Positions 26,443-38,996 of a stretch of DNA of 64,000 bases are shown one piece after another. The first letter of the stretch is position 1. Each line of letters starts with the position of its first letter. The translations under genes and the position numbers were made by a program. The notes under the pieces are model-generated. The model was not told the origin of the DNA. It did no database searches and was given only the letters and a program-made list of their open reading frames with translations. Origin of the DNA: Octopus bimaculoides (taxonomy: Eukaryota); the NCBI RefSeq assembly GCF_001194135.2, contig NC_068984.1:133709709-133773708 (forward strand). Direction: 5' to 3'.

Positions 26443-28674
26443 AACTCAACTTCTAGAAATACAATAACGAGACACAACAATTGCGACACTTTTTGAAATA
26501 TGGTGCAATCACCAGTAGCAACAAGCATGAAAAATCGATGTCGATGATTTCACGATGTGTCGCAATTGTTCATTTGTGTTTGGTTACTGAGTTTCTATTA
26601 GGTTTTCGTTTTACACAAATTAAAGTACTTTGTGCGCTTTAATCATATTCAATTGAAAAACAACCCAACTTCCAAATGAATGTCCATACTGTCTCATGAC
26701 AATAGGCTCAATAAAATGCGGAAGTAATATCCTCATTAGTGTGTCCCAACGATTTCGTTTTCTCATAACTTTCAGAAGGTGTAGATTATGATTACATCGG
26801 GTTTAAAAAAAAAAAAAAAAAAAGGCCCCGCACACATTATATACTATCGTCATCATACCTACAATAAAGTGAAACTTGTAAGGAAAAAGTGGGATGAGCG
26901 CGCGCGTCCACCAATCTAAAAGGCATTTGTAAGAAAATGTCCTACAAAAAAAAATAATTAGGCGGACGTCGGAGATGAAAAAAAAATTTTTTTTTTCGAA
27001 AATGGTTTCTTTTATTAGTTCCCCCTTCGTACCGATTTCGTTTCTTTCTCACTCTTACAAATATTGCTTTTCAACATACCTTACCGTCTAAAAACATTCA
27101 CTTCTTACCGAATNNNNNNNNNNNNNNNNNNNNNNNNNNNNNNNNNNNNNNNNNNNNNNNNNNNNNNNNNNNNNNNNNNNNNNNNNNNNNNNNNNNNNNN
27201 NNNNNNNNNNNNNNNNNNNNNNNNNNNNNNNNNNNNNNNNNNNNNNNNNNNNNNNNNNNNNNNNNNNNNNNNNNNNNNNNNNNNNNNNNNNNNNNNNNNN
27301 NNNNNNNNNNNNNNNNNNNNNNNNNNNNNNNNNNNNNNNNNNNNNNNNNNNNNNNNNNNNNNNNNNNNNNNNNNNNNNNNNNNNNNAAGTTATGAGGAAA
27401 CAAAGTTGGAGGGGGATGACGACGACACACACCCGTGCATGTATACGGTAAAAGCAACGAAACACCGGTTTCCCTTATTTCATTAATTTACTTTCTTGTG
27501 CAGATTTTTTTCTTATCGATCTTATACTTCTGGAGTAAACTCCGTCTATTCAATTTATTTGAGACCATTAGAGAAAAGTAAAACAATTCAGTGAATAAAA
27601 AAAAAAAATTTTTGAGGAAAATATTCCGAGTCAACAAATTTGACTCAAGAATAATCAACTCGTGGCGAATAAAATAAGCAAAAATGTTCGCCGTAACGGC
27701 GTTAATTGCAACAAGTCTGTAAATAATAATGAATCTACTAGAAATCCTATTTTGCTGCCAAATTACTGCTAATAAACTTTTAGTGTCGGCCACAGTTTTT
27801 CTTCAATGTGCAAATTACAAAATAGGGATTGAAGAAAAACTACATACACGATTTATGTTCCGTTGGAAAGCTGCTTAAAAACTTTATATATTGGTTTGAA
27901 GCGGAGGGTAAGTTATTTTGCACATAATTTAAATTCCTAAGTATGAAAATCAATACCCCAAGCAAGGTCGACTAGTATATATTTCCAGAAGTTCTGATAA
28001 GTTTTCACTATAAATACTTCATTCTTTCAACGATAACATCGTAAAATACGTAGGCAATCTGAGAACTTTGACATAGAGTCTTTTACACGGTCTTGTTTGT
28101 CCCACTAGAAATAACAGCCAAATTCCTCGACACCCAACAGGTTTACAAAAAGGAGGTAGGATGTGAAGAATAAGGTTGTCGGAGGAGGAGGATGGGTGTT
28201 AAGGAAAAAGATGAAATAGAAACGGTTGGAAAGCATTTGATCACAGGTCTGCTTAATCAGAATTAATTTGGTTGGAGCTAAACAACATGGTGACATACTT
28301 TCTAATAAAATTAAAATTTGAACGCAAGAAGCTGTCCTCAGCGATACGATGTTCAGGTTTTGAGCAAACGACACAACACGTGTGTTAATTTTTCCTTCAA
28401 TACTTTTCTCCAAAATGTGAAAAGGGTTTAACATTACATTTATATGCTCCTCGTGCGGTATATACATATATATTATACGGCGCAATATGAAATTGAAATC
28501 AATTACCAGTATATCTATGACGCAATACAAATTGAAACTTATTTTGTATAAATCAGTGGTTCCCAAAAAGTTATAAAATTACGCATTAGCTTTGATTAAC
28601 TGCTGTCTATCGAGAGAGTTCAAGACCCAGGTTTTCAATACCAGACTGGTTGCTTTACAAAGCAGTAGGCCTTT

Positions 28675-28915
28675 GGCGTAACTACAGGGTTTTACCCCCC
28701 AGACTTTGGGAGGTCATAACTTTCAGAAAAATGAATATTTTTTAATGAAATTTTCTATGCATATAGTATTTACTATGTAGAATCCGAATATACAAAAATT
28801 TCCGATGAGAGTATTTTGGAATGGGGGTGGAGGACAATTTTCGGAAATTCCAACAGAGTCCACTTAAATTCTTCTTAACTTCCAGGAAAATTAATATTTG
28901 GAGAAAATTTCACGA
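28675..28915 (+). mobile_element. Left end of a longer non-autonomous DNA transposon related to the 53-bp element, truncated by an assembly gap
   Basis: 28675-28704 matches 26390-26419 at 29/30 nt. It continues into MITE-like AT-rich internal sequence up to the N-run. Confidence 0.55.
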
Positions 28916-29397
28916 NNNNNNNNNNNNNNNNNNNNNNNNNNNNNNNNNNNNNNNNNNNNNNNNNNNNNNNNNNNNNNNNNNNNNNNNNNNNNNNNNNNNN
29001 NNNNNNNNNNNNNNNNNNNNNNNNNNNNNNNNNNNNNNNNNNNNNNNNNNNNNNNNNNNNNNNNNNNNNNNNNNNNNNNNNNNNNNNNNNNNNNNNNNNN
29101 NNNNNNNNNNNNNNNNNNNNNNNNNNNNNNNNNNNNNNNNNNNNNNNNNNNNNNNNNNNNNNNNNNNNNNNNNNNNNNNNNNNNNNNNNNGAAGGAATAG
29201 AGTAATTCGTAGAAATTGATGTAAGAAAAACGTTGGGGATGCTCTTCAAAAGAAGAATATTTTATTCTGTTATTGTCAAAGAATATTATAGAAGAAATAA
29301 TATGGTCATGTACAAAATTTTATGGGCAGATTTATGGTAATAGTAGGAATAATATTTAAATAAAAAGGAAGCAACTTACATGTGATGTTAAGCCTAG

Positions 29398-29451
29398 AAA
29401 TGGCGGAGAGAGAAAAAGAACGACAGCAATGTGCGTGAAGAGAACTTCCGG
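29398..29451 (+). promoter_or_regulatory. Probable RNF8 promoter with YY1-like and ETS-like motifs
   Basis: AAATGGCGG at 29398-29406 and ACTTCCGG at 29444-29451, in a CpG-containing patch about 200-250 nt upstream of the ATG. Confidence 0.45.
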
Positions 29452-29650
29452 TTCAGCCTGCAGCAAAACTGAACAATTTAATTGCGTGATCATTCGTTAT
29501 ATTATATTAAAAAATTTAAATAATGTATAAGAAAATTTAAATATTTACTTTTTATTGTTTTACGCAATTTTTGCACGTTTTGTCTCCCCCATATGCAATT
29601 TTCACCGAGGCTATCATCTCACCTTTATTAAGACACAACCGTCATCCAGT

Positions 29651-32600
29651 ATGGCGTTACAATATTTTTTGGAAAACGTTAATCACCCAGAGAAAAGCAT
29701 TCTGTTAAACGAAGACACGGTAATTCATATTTTTATTCTTTCATATGTTTCAAGAAAGAAAGTGCCTTACATTTTGATACCTTAATGTTTTCTCAATCTG
29801 TTTTTTTTAATTGAATATGCTTGTCAATAGCATATTGTTTACAAGGCGCGATTTGCAACGATGTTGTTACTATTAAGTTAGTAATATATATATATATCAC
29901 TTATTTTAGCAATTTCTCTTTAAATCTTCTTTTATGTTTTGTATTTTCTATAACCACTTTAATCTTGTATTTTGTTCTGCTGTCGATAACAAAAATACAA
30001 GCTGTATTCTATTCAATGGCGTACTTTTCTACTCTTTGTAATTACTCTGCTACTTAACTGATAGGATAATTTATTAAGCTGTTACGTTATATTTTAATGC
30101 AGAGGGTTGATATTCTACAGTGGAAAGATTAGTGGTTAGTAGCTGATTGTCCGACACTATAGGTAACAATGAGAGATGCTTGGACGAGGTGGTATGTGGT
30201 TAGTTTTGAGCAGAGGCCGCTGAAGTAGTGACAGAATAAGCAGTGAGGAGGCAGTGGAGAGTGTCCTATTAGGTTGCCCGTCTTAGAGGGGGGAACACAA
30301 TGGTATGTTGCCATAGATTGGGATAGCTTTCTCAGGCGAGAGAGCCAGGGAGCTGACACCTAGCGCTAGCACCTTGTTGTACCATATCTGAGCCGCTTTT
30401 TGGTGCGTGTATAGAAGATACAAATTTTAAAGTAAAATAATTTTAGCCAAAGAAATAATAATGATGAAAGTGGCTCTGAAGGGAAGAATTCAACCAAATA
30501 TCGGTAGTTCACGTTAATGTGTGTTTGTACCAAACTATATATGCGTCGCACATTTATACTTCATCTCATTAATGGTGCTTAGGTGCTGGCTCATTGTCCT
30601 GGGAAAAAAGGGTCAAAGGTCATTTGATCACAGGTCTGCTTAATCAGAATTAATTTGGTTGGAGCTAAACAACAACGTGACAAATGGGATGAAATAAGGC
30701 GACATACTGCCCAATAAAATTAAAATTCAAACGCAAGACTATAACTTATTAGTTCGGCAAAAGAGACTGATAGAATAAGTAACTAGACTTACAAAGAATG
30801 TCCTGGGGTCGATTTATTCGGCTAAAACCCTTCAAGGTGGTACTCCAGCATGGCCACAGTCAAATGTCTGAAACATATGCAAGAATATTAATGTGAGAAT
30901 CGAAAACCTAATCAGGTATACAGTAAATAAGTTAAAACTGCTAGATGGGATACGAAAGTCCATTAAATACCCCCCCAGTGTGTCCCTTCACTAACTCTGC
31001 CAGCTACCGATCTGTTTCTTTCATTATCATCATTACAGAAGTAGCAGAAACCGTCATTACAATCACCTACAAGCTTTTTCCCTCGTCGCTATTATTGTTT
31101 CCATAGAGCTAGGTCTTCCTAGAATCGTCTTTCCTTGCTCTTGAGAGGTTGCCCGCCATTGCTTGTCATCTGCGTTTTATGTCTTACAAGTTCCTGTCAC
31201 GCCGCATCGTCCCAACATATTCTTTTACTTGTTTCAGTCGTTTGACTGTGTAAGCTTAGTACTTATTCTCAGTCATTTTTGCTGAGCCGCTAAGTTTCGG
31301 GACGTAAGCACTCCAGTATCGGTTGTGAAGCGATTGTGGACACACGCACGCACGCACGCACGCACGCGCGCGCGCGCGGCGGACAGCGACGGGCTTCTTT
31401 GAGTTTCCGTCTACCAAATCCACTTGCAAGGCTTTGGTCGGCCCGAGGCTATAGAAGACACTTGCCCAAGGTGATACGCAGTGGGACTGAAAGCGGCGGA
31501 ATTATGGTTGGGAAGCAAGCTTCGGCACTTTTCCTTTAAGCGTGACAGCTTAAATATAATCTACTTTTGTTTTTATCTTAAATATGGTTCAGAATATTTT
31601 CCTAATCGACTTTCACCAAATACATTTCTAAGTCACATGAAGGGAAAATACGTTCCTTATGCAAAAGCCCATGCCGTCTGCACCAGCCAGTTGCCTTTTC
31701 ATTATCCATTAAACTAATAATCAAATCCGAATAATCTATGCTACTCACTGATGGAAAATTCATATTGAAATTGTAAATGTTACCACTAAATATAAGCAAG
31801 ATAAAATTAAATCATATTTAAGCTGTCATGCTCAATCGAAAAGGCACCCAAGCTTCTTGCCACACCTGCTGACAGGGTTGATGTGGCCTTTCTTCACTTT
31901 TTCTGTTATACAACCTATAGTCACCTTTAACAATGTACACTCTATGTAGAATACTCTTCATTCCTCCATAAGCTTTCACATACAGTAAGCTTAAAGATGC
32001 TCAACCTGCTAGAAATAGCAACTAAATCCTTTGTAATTTTTAGATACAGGACAATAGTAAAAACTACTTTCCCAAGACAAGCCTTTCTGTTTATGGCCAA
32101 AATATGCTTCACCTTGTTCTTTACTGCTACATACAGAAACATCCTACTTCATATACAAAAGACCATCTCGATGATTGCACTGTCTCCTCTCTATCAGTTC
32201 TATCACTACACTAATATAACAACAAGCGGCGAGCTGGCAGAATCGTTAGCATGCCAGGCGAAATGCTTAATGGTATTTCGTCTGTCGCTACATTCTGAGT
32301 TCAAATTCCGCTGAGGTCGACTTTGCCTTTCATCCTTTCGGGGTCGATTAAGCAAGTTACGCACTGGGGTTGATGTAATCGACTTAGTCCCTTTGTCTGT
32401 CCTTGTTTGTCCCCTTTATGTTTAGCCCCTTGTGGGCAATAAAGAATTAAATATAACAAGCTAATTGGATCCCATGCCTACTGTCATCACCATCCAAGTC
32501 ATACAGTAACAACCAGTATATTAACTCTCTAAAATTCTCTTCTCACCTGCATTGCAGCAGACATTGATTGACAAGATGTTCAATCTAATCATCAACCAGA

Positions 32601-35600
32601 TCAATGACACCAGTTTTACAGAGCCTGTTCATTGTCCCTGGGTTATAACTAATGATTTCAAATTTTTTCCACCATTGCATGGCACCTTGCGTGAGTGTCT
32701 TCTACTTTAGCCTTGGATCAACCAAATCTTTGTGTGTGGATTTGGTAGATGGAAACTGAAAGCCCATTGTGTGCGTGTGTGTGTGTGTGTTCCCTCCATT
32801 GGTTGACAACCAATGTTGGTGTGTTTATGTCCCTATAACTTATCAGTTTGGCAAAAGAGACTGATAGAATAAGTACTAGGCTTACAAAGAATGTCTTGGG
32901 GCCGATTTCTTCAGCTAAAACCCTTTAAGGTGGTACTCCAGCATGGCCACAGTCAAATGTCTGAAATACATACAAGAATATTAATATGAGAATCAAAAAC
33001 CTAATCAGATATACAGTAAATAAGTTGAAACTAACTTGACTATTACTTTTCGAGTGGTTGGCACCTCTGACTAAGTCAATTAGTCTAAGCGATTTACTTT
33101 TTAAATATGCTCATTTTTCATACCTATTTTGTTGTTCTTTCATCATCACCTTGGTATGAAAAGTAGTTTGGAGATTGTCTGAATAAATTAAAATTTTATA
33201 TATTGAATAAATTAATTCTTGTCACTTGAATGTCTCTTGTTTTTTCAATTCAGATAAAAATTGGACGAAGTCAAGATTTACCGGTATGCCTGTTATCTGT
33301 GTGGATTTCTAAACATCATGCTACTATTAAAAGAAATGAAGAAAATTGGACAATTATAGATGAGAATGTAAAATTGTCTTCAGTTTGTTTTTTCTTGTTT
33401 GCTCAATTGTTTCTGCTATTGCTTGTCTGAATTTTTTTTTTTTTCTGGATCAGTTTGGCTATCCAATTGTTTGCTGATTTTCTCAACTCCAGGTTAGATA
33501 ATATATTTTAAAATGAAAGAATCAAAGACTGAAATAGATAAAAGAAATATAGATTCAATGTCTTTCTATCAATCCAATGTTTCCATTTGTTTTCTTTCTT
33601 CATTTTCAAATCTCTTACAGTACCTCTCATTAATTTTAATTAGCATCTCATTAATCAAATTTCTCTTTCCTTATTTTCCAGAGTTTAAATGGTGTTTTCG
33701 TAAACAAGAAAAGAATTCAGGTATTTGAGCAACATGTGATTAAAACTGGAGATCTCATTCAGATTGGAAATTCTAAAGACGAACCTTTCTGTTATAAGCT
33801 TCAAGCAACACTAGTGAAACATAAACCTCACAAAAGTGACTTTTTGGCCGTAAAAAGACATAAACCTGAAATGCCTGTGATAAACAACTCTCCCAAAAAT
33901 CATCTGAAATTCCTCAATAAACCTGTTGATAAAAAAGTGCCTTCTTCACCATTGTTAGTTACTTGTTCAGAAAGTAACAGCAGTGATAATGATAATAAGA
34001 ATATTAATGATAATGAAATCCCCTGTTCTTTGGAAGCGATGGGTTCACCAATGTCAGAAAATGGTGCTACTTCTGATTATGAGATCAAGTTAAAAGAACT
34101 CGAAGAGCGTTTGCAAATGAAAGAAGCAGCTTTGAAATTGGAGAAAGAAAAATCTGACTCTCAGGCAAAAGCCATTGCAAAATTGGAAGCAAAACGGAAA
34201 CAGGTTGAATTTGAACTTCAAAAAACACAGGTACTTGTACTGGCTATATCCAAAACTTATAACTGTTTTCAGCATTATCTGCATTTTTATGTCTGTTTTT
34301 ATCCATGCTTTGTATAGGTTAAATGGGATTCATTGAGACTTGTTTTCAAGCAAAGAAATATTTTTCCCTTAGTCTAGATGTGTTTTCATTGGAGATGGCA
34401 AACAACCAACACCACTTGTATAAAAGGTGATGTTTTGTTATGTCAGAGAAGTCAATGCAGTTATCATTCCTCTTAAATGATTTACAAGTTGACAGCTGCA
34501 GTAAAAACATCTTGTGTGTGTGTGTGTGTGTGTGTGGGGCAATTGCAGGGAGTTGACTTCTTGAAGAGGAAAGACTGCACATAGGGTTCAAATTAAAGAA
34601 CCCCTATGTGGTTCAGTCTCATACTGAGAAGACACATGAGACCAGTATATTCTGGGTTGATCAGTCTCTTGGGAATGAAATTTAATCGATGGAAAGCGTA
34701 TAGCAGCCTATCATATATACAGGATTGGCTAAAAGTCACCTGACAGTAAATCAAAACCACTTAATTCCAAGATTTATTTATGTTTAACAACTGAATGAGA
34801 CTTTGCTAATAAACAGACAAACGGTGATTTTAATTGCAGCATTCAATTATTATACATTCTTAATTGGAATCTTCCTCATCGTTTAACGTCTGCTTTCCAT
34901 GCTAGTGTGGATTGGACGGTCTGATTGAGGACTGGCAAGCCAGAAGGCTGTACCGGGCTCTAATCTGATCTAGCAAGGTTTCTACAGCTGGATGCCCTTC
35001 CTAATGCCAACCACTCCGAGAGTGTAGTGGGTGCTTTTTATGTGCCACCAGCACAAGGGCCAGTCAGGCGATACTGGCATCAGCCACACTTGGATGATAC
35101 TTTTACATGCCACCGGCACGGAAGCCAGTTAGGCAGCACTGGCACTGATCATGGTCAAATGGTGCTTTTTATGTGCCACTGGCCTGGGTGCCAATCAGGA
35201 AGTACTGTCAGCGGCCACGACAAATACTTCACTTGCCTCAAAAGGTCTTCGCAAGCACAGTTTATTGCCCAATCATTGAAGGATACTCTTAAATGTGCTG
35301 GTTATGCTGCACTGGCATAGGCCATGGTTACGGTCTCACTTGGTTCGTCGGGTCTTCTCAAGCACAGCATTTCTCCAAAGGTCTCAGTCACTTTTTTTTT
35401 CGTATTTATCAAAAATTTGTTTAATGGGATAACAGAAAAAAACCAAAAAAAAAACTTGCAAGTAAAAACATAGCAAACAAAATATTGTTTCTCTTGTCCA
35501 TTGTTAATGTGAAATGTTGATTGGTCTTTACACCTTTTGGTTTATTTTGAAATTACAGAAATTAAAAGAAGAAGAAAAAAAGCAACTGGAACAAGAATTT

Positions 35601-38600
35601 CAGGACAAAATGGTGATGTTGTTAAGGAAAAAAGAGAAATCTTTGAAGCAAGATTTGAAGATCAAAAGAGTTGCCCTGGAGCAAAAGGAGAAAACTGAGA
35701 AAGAACTTCTTAATAAGTGCAATTCTGACAAGGCCACTATTGACGAATTAATTAAGTCTAAGGAAGAATTGAAACTGATAATTGATAATAAAGATGCTGA
35801 ACGATGCTTACTGGAGAGTCAGTTGCAGGAAGCAAAATTGGATAATTTGAAAGAGAAAGATGTTGTATTGAAAACTCGTGAAGAGGTCTTGACTAAATTT
35901 TCTGAGATGTTAGAAATGGAGCTACAGTGTAGCATTTGTAATGAACTGTTTGTGCAGGTATGGTGATTTATAAGTAGTTTACATTAATTTTTCTATATTT
36001 GTGTTGTTAAGATAGTTTCTTTTATTTCTTGACTCGTCTCGGTCATTGGACTGCAGCCGTTTTGGGTCCCACCTTGAGTTTTAGTTGAGCAAATCAACCT
36101 TAATATTTTTTAAAGTCTGGTTCTTATTCTATTAGTCTCTTTCTGGAAAACTGCTAAGTTACAGAGACATAAATAAACTAGTTGTGGTTGTGAAGTTATG
36201 ATGGGAAACAAACATAGACACACACGTGTATAGTGGCAATCCTTCCCAACTGACCAACAACCATGGATCAACATTACAGTTGTGAAATGTTACTTATTTT
36301 GTTTCTTAGACAAAACTCTTACAACCCAAATTATTTCTGTTTTCTTGACGAGAAACAAAGATTTCATCTCGCTCCTATTGTTGAAGTTGTTAGTCCTAGA
36401 AAATATCTTTATAAAAGCACACTGGACTAACTGCACTCATCATCATCATTTAACGTCTGCTTTCCATGCTAGCATGGGTTGGATGATTTGAGTGAGGACT
36501 GGTGAACCAGATGGCTACACCAGGCTCCAGTCTGATCTTGCAGAGTTTCTACAGCTGGATGCCCTTCCTAACGCCAACCACTCCGAGAGTGTAGTGGGTG
36601 CTTTTACGTGCACTATACTGATAATATAATATATTTTAGTATATTAGTTATTTGTGCCATTTACTAATTTATTTAAATTCTAATGACATTTCTTAAGCTT
36701 CCAAAATGAATGCAAGAGATGTCACCTGCAAGCCACTTGCCTAGGAGGACATTAACTGAACAAGAAGAGGCAAAGAGTAGAGGAAATTCTTTAGTTCTGT
36801 CACAAACTTTCATACCAGTGGCACAGTAAAAGGTACCCAGTTTACATTGTGAAACCATAGGTGGTGGAGAGCAGTTTTAACTGGTTCTCTCTGTTAATGT
36901 GTATCAGATGAAAGACTGCTACAAGCTGTGATATGCCATGACCTATCCAGCTTTTTGCTAAGATGGTAAAATGGATATAACATGAAGTTTTGTATTGAGT
37001 TGTATCATATCCTGTCTGGGATCAGCTATTGTGTGAACATATTACAACAGGAATGTTAATTCATTAAATTAATGTCTGTCATTTCTTGTTCTGTTTCAGG
37101 CCACTACACTGAATTGCTCACATACATTTTGTTTCTATTGTATACATATGTGGATGAATAAGAAGAATGACTGTCCAGTTTGTCGTACTTCTATTAAGTC
37201 CCAGGCAAAAGCCCTTGTGGTAGACTCTTATATTGATAAAATGACTGCTTTCTTCAGTCCAGAAATGAAAGAAAAGAGAGCTCAATATGTTAAGGAAAGA
37301 AAAGGTATAGTTAAATCTTTGCTCATTTCCTAATTGTTATTTAATATATTAATTTCTTGGCATCATATACTTTTCTTTTGTATTTGACACTCATATTTTT
37401 ACTGCTATACTCCTTGCTTTTGCATAGAGAAAGCAGCCTTTTGTTGACAATTGTACATTGAACTTCTTTCACCCATTTTTTACTCTTGATATAGTAATTT
37501 TAGTTAAGGTGGTGAGCTGGCAGAAACTTTAGCGTGCCGTGCGAAATGCTTAGTGGTATTTCGTTTGTCTTTACGTTCTGAGTTCAAATTCCGCCGAGGT
37601 CAACTTTGCCTTTCATCCTTTTGGGGTCGATAAATTAAGTACCAGTTACGTACTGGGGTCGATTTAATCGACTGGGCCCCTTTCCATAAAATTTCGAGCC
37701 TTGTGCTTAGAGCAGAAAAGGATATAATAATTTTAGCTGTAACTTTAGCACCCAAGAAACAGAAACCATCAACTATGTATTGTAAAGTTTCTGAGCATTC
37801 CATGGGCTTGATTTTTATGGGCTGGCTCTACTAATAACTATTCTTGTAGATCTAATACATTTCAGATCTTACTTTTTCTGTCAGCCTGCCTGATCCAATA
37901 ACCTATTTTGGTTAAATATTACTTACTGAGTTCACAAGATTGAATTTTTACTTACTCTCTTTTTAGCTTGGAACTCTTGCAATTTCTAGCGAGAATCATG
38001 GAATTTGTGATTTCATCTCTTAATACAAACCTAAACTACAACTTATCCAAACTTGTCCTATCACTTCTTTGGGTTTCATGTTTTGCTCGATCAGTTTAAA
38101 ACCTTTTGTAATTATGATCGCCTCAACTGAACTTGTTTGTTCTTGCTCAGACATCAAACCCTACCTGTTTAATTAAGCAAATAATTTGTATAAAGTATAG
38201 TTTGTAGCTTTCAGCATCTCTCAATTATCCATCTTCTGTGTCCTTGCCTATGCAAATCTCTATACATAGTCTCATGTGTCGGGTCTATACCCCTTGCACT
38301 TCTCATTCTGCATCTTCATAACACCCGCGTGCTTTTCTTTTGTATTGACACAGTTACGTCATGATTCATACAAAGTAAACTATTTGGTCCACAAATCAGC
38401 AGACCTTCCTAACTAAACCGTGTCTTCCTTCAAATAACATTGATATTGGTTCTAGTTACATCTTCTCCATTTACTGGTATGTTGCTTAGCTCCCTCTTAC
38501 AACCTACTCTATTACATTATACCATTGGCTGCAGTTCTGCTCTATCTTCATTACTAGTAAATGGTTTGAAGCCATGATCTCTCTTATTATTTAGATAGAT

Positions 38601-38996
38601 GTCATCTTTTATTGCTTTAAAACATTTGGAGTAGTTTCTGAATGGAACAAAATAACTGGATTAATTATAAACCACTTATTATAATTGAATTGAAGTGTTG
38701 GGCTGACAGGATTGAATCATTTGTCTCGTGGAATTAAAATGTTGGTTCCATAAGGCTTTTCTTTTATTATTACTAAGGCATCTGTTTTTTGTTTTTTATA
38801 ATTGTTAGCTCTCAAAGTACCGCAACCAAAGACAAAGAAAAGGAGACACGCTGAACACCAAGAACATGTATTTCATCATGAAACAATACAAGGTGAAATT
38901 CATAATTTCTTAGCAGCCTTAACTGGAGATGATCTTTCAGACAGCTATTATGAGGACTATGAAGATGATTATGGAAGAATGTATTATGTTTGGTAA
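29651..38996 (+). CDS. RNF8: E3 ubiquitin ligase RNF8 (FHA - coiled coil - C3HC4 RING), about 507 aa
   Basis: Exons 29651-29719, 33254-33367, 33682-34230, 35559-35957, 37100-37304, 38809-38996. FHA motifs IGRS...ISKHH...SLNGVFVN...GDLIQIG. RING CSICNELFVQATTLNCSHTFCFYCIHMWMNKKNDCPVC followed by IKSQAKALVVDSYIDKM, as in RNF8. The last exon is less certain because TG|gtaaac at 38992 could be a donor instead of the TAA stop. Confidence 0.9.
32226..32447 (+). mobile_element. Second tRNA-derived SINE family (central TTTCATCCTTTCGGGGTCGAT domain)
   Basis: Head GGCGAGCTGGCAGAATCGTTAG...GAGTTCAAATTCC. Further copies at about 37508-37722 (+), 54361-54568 (-), 49200-49420 (-), 59290-59450 (-), 45780-45910 (-), 12470-12920 (+). 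The central domain resembles the Meta domain (from recall). Confidence 0.75.

Noticed and set aside
27488-27793. 101-aa minus-strand ORF
   Set aside because: GTG start, no recognisable domain, runs through poly-A tracts.
28105-28566. 153-aa minus-strand ORF
   Set aside because: Low-complexity AT-rich translation; part of it is a repeat also found at about 30620-30680.
30129-30359. GC-richer 76-aa minus-strand ORF in RNF8 intron 1
   Set aside because: Possibly a LINE endonuclease remnant, but the motifs are too degraded to call.
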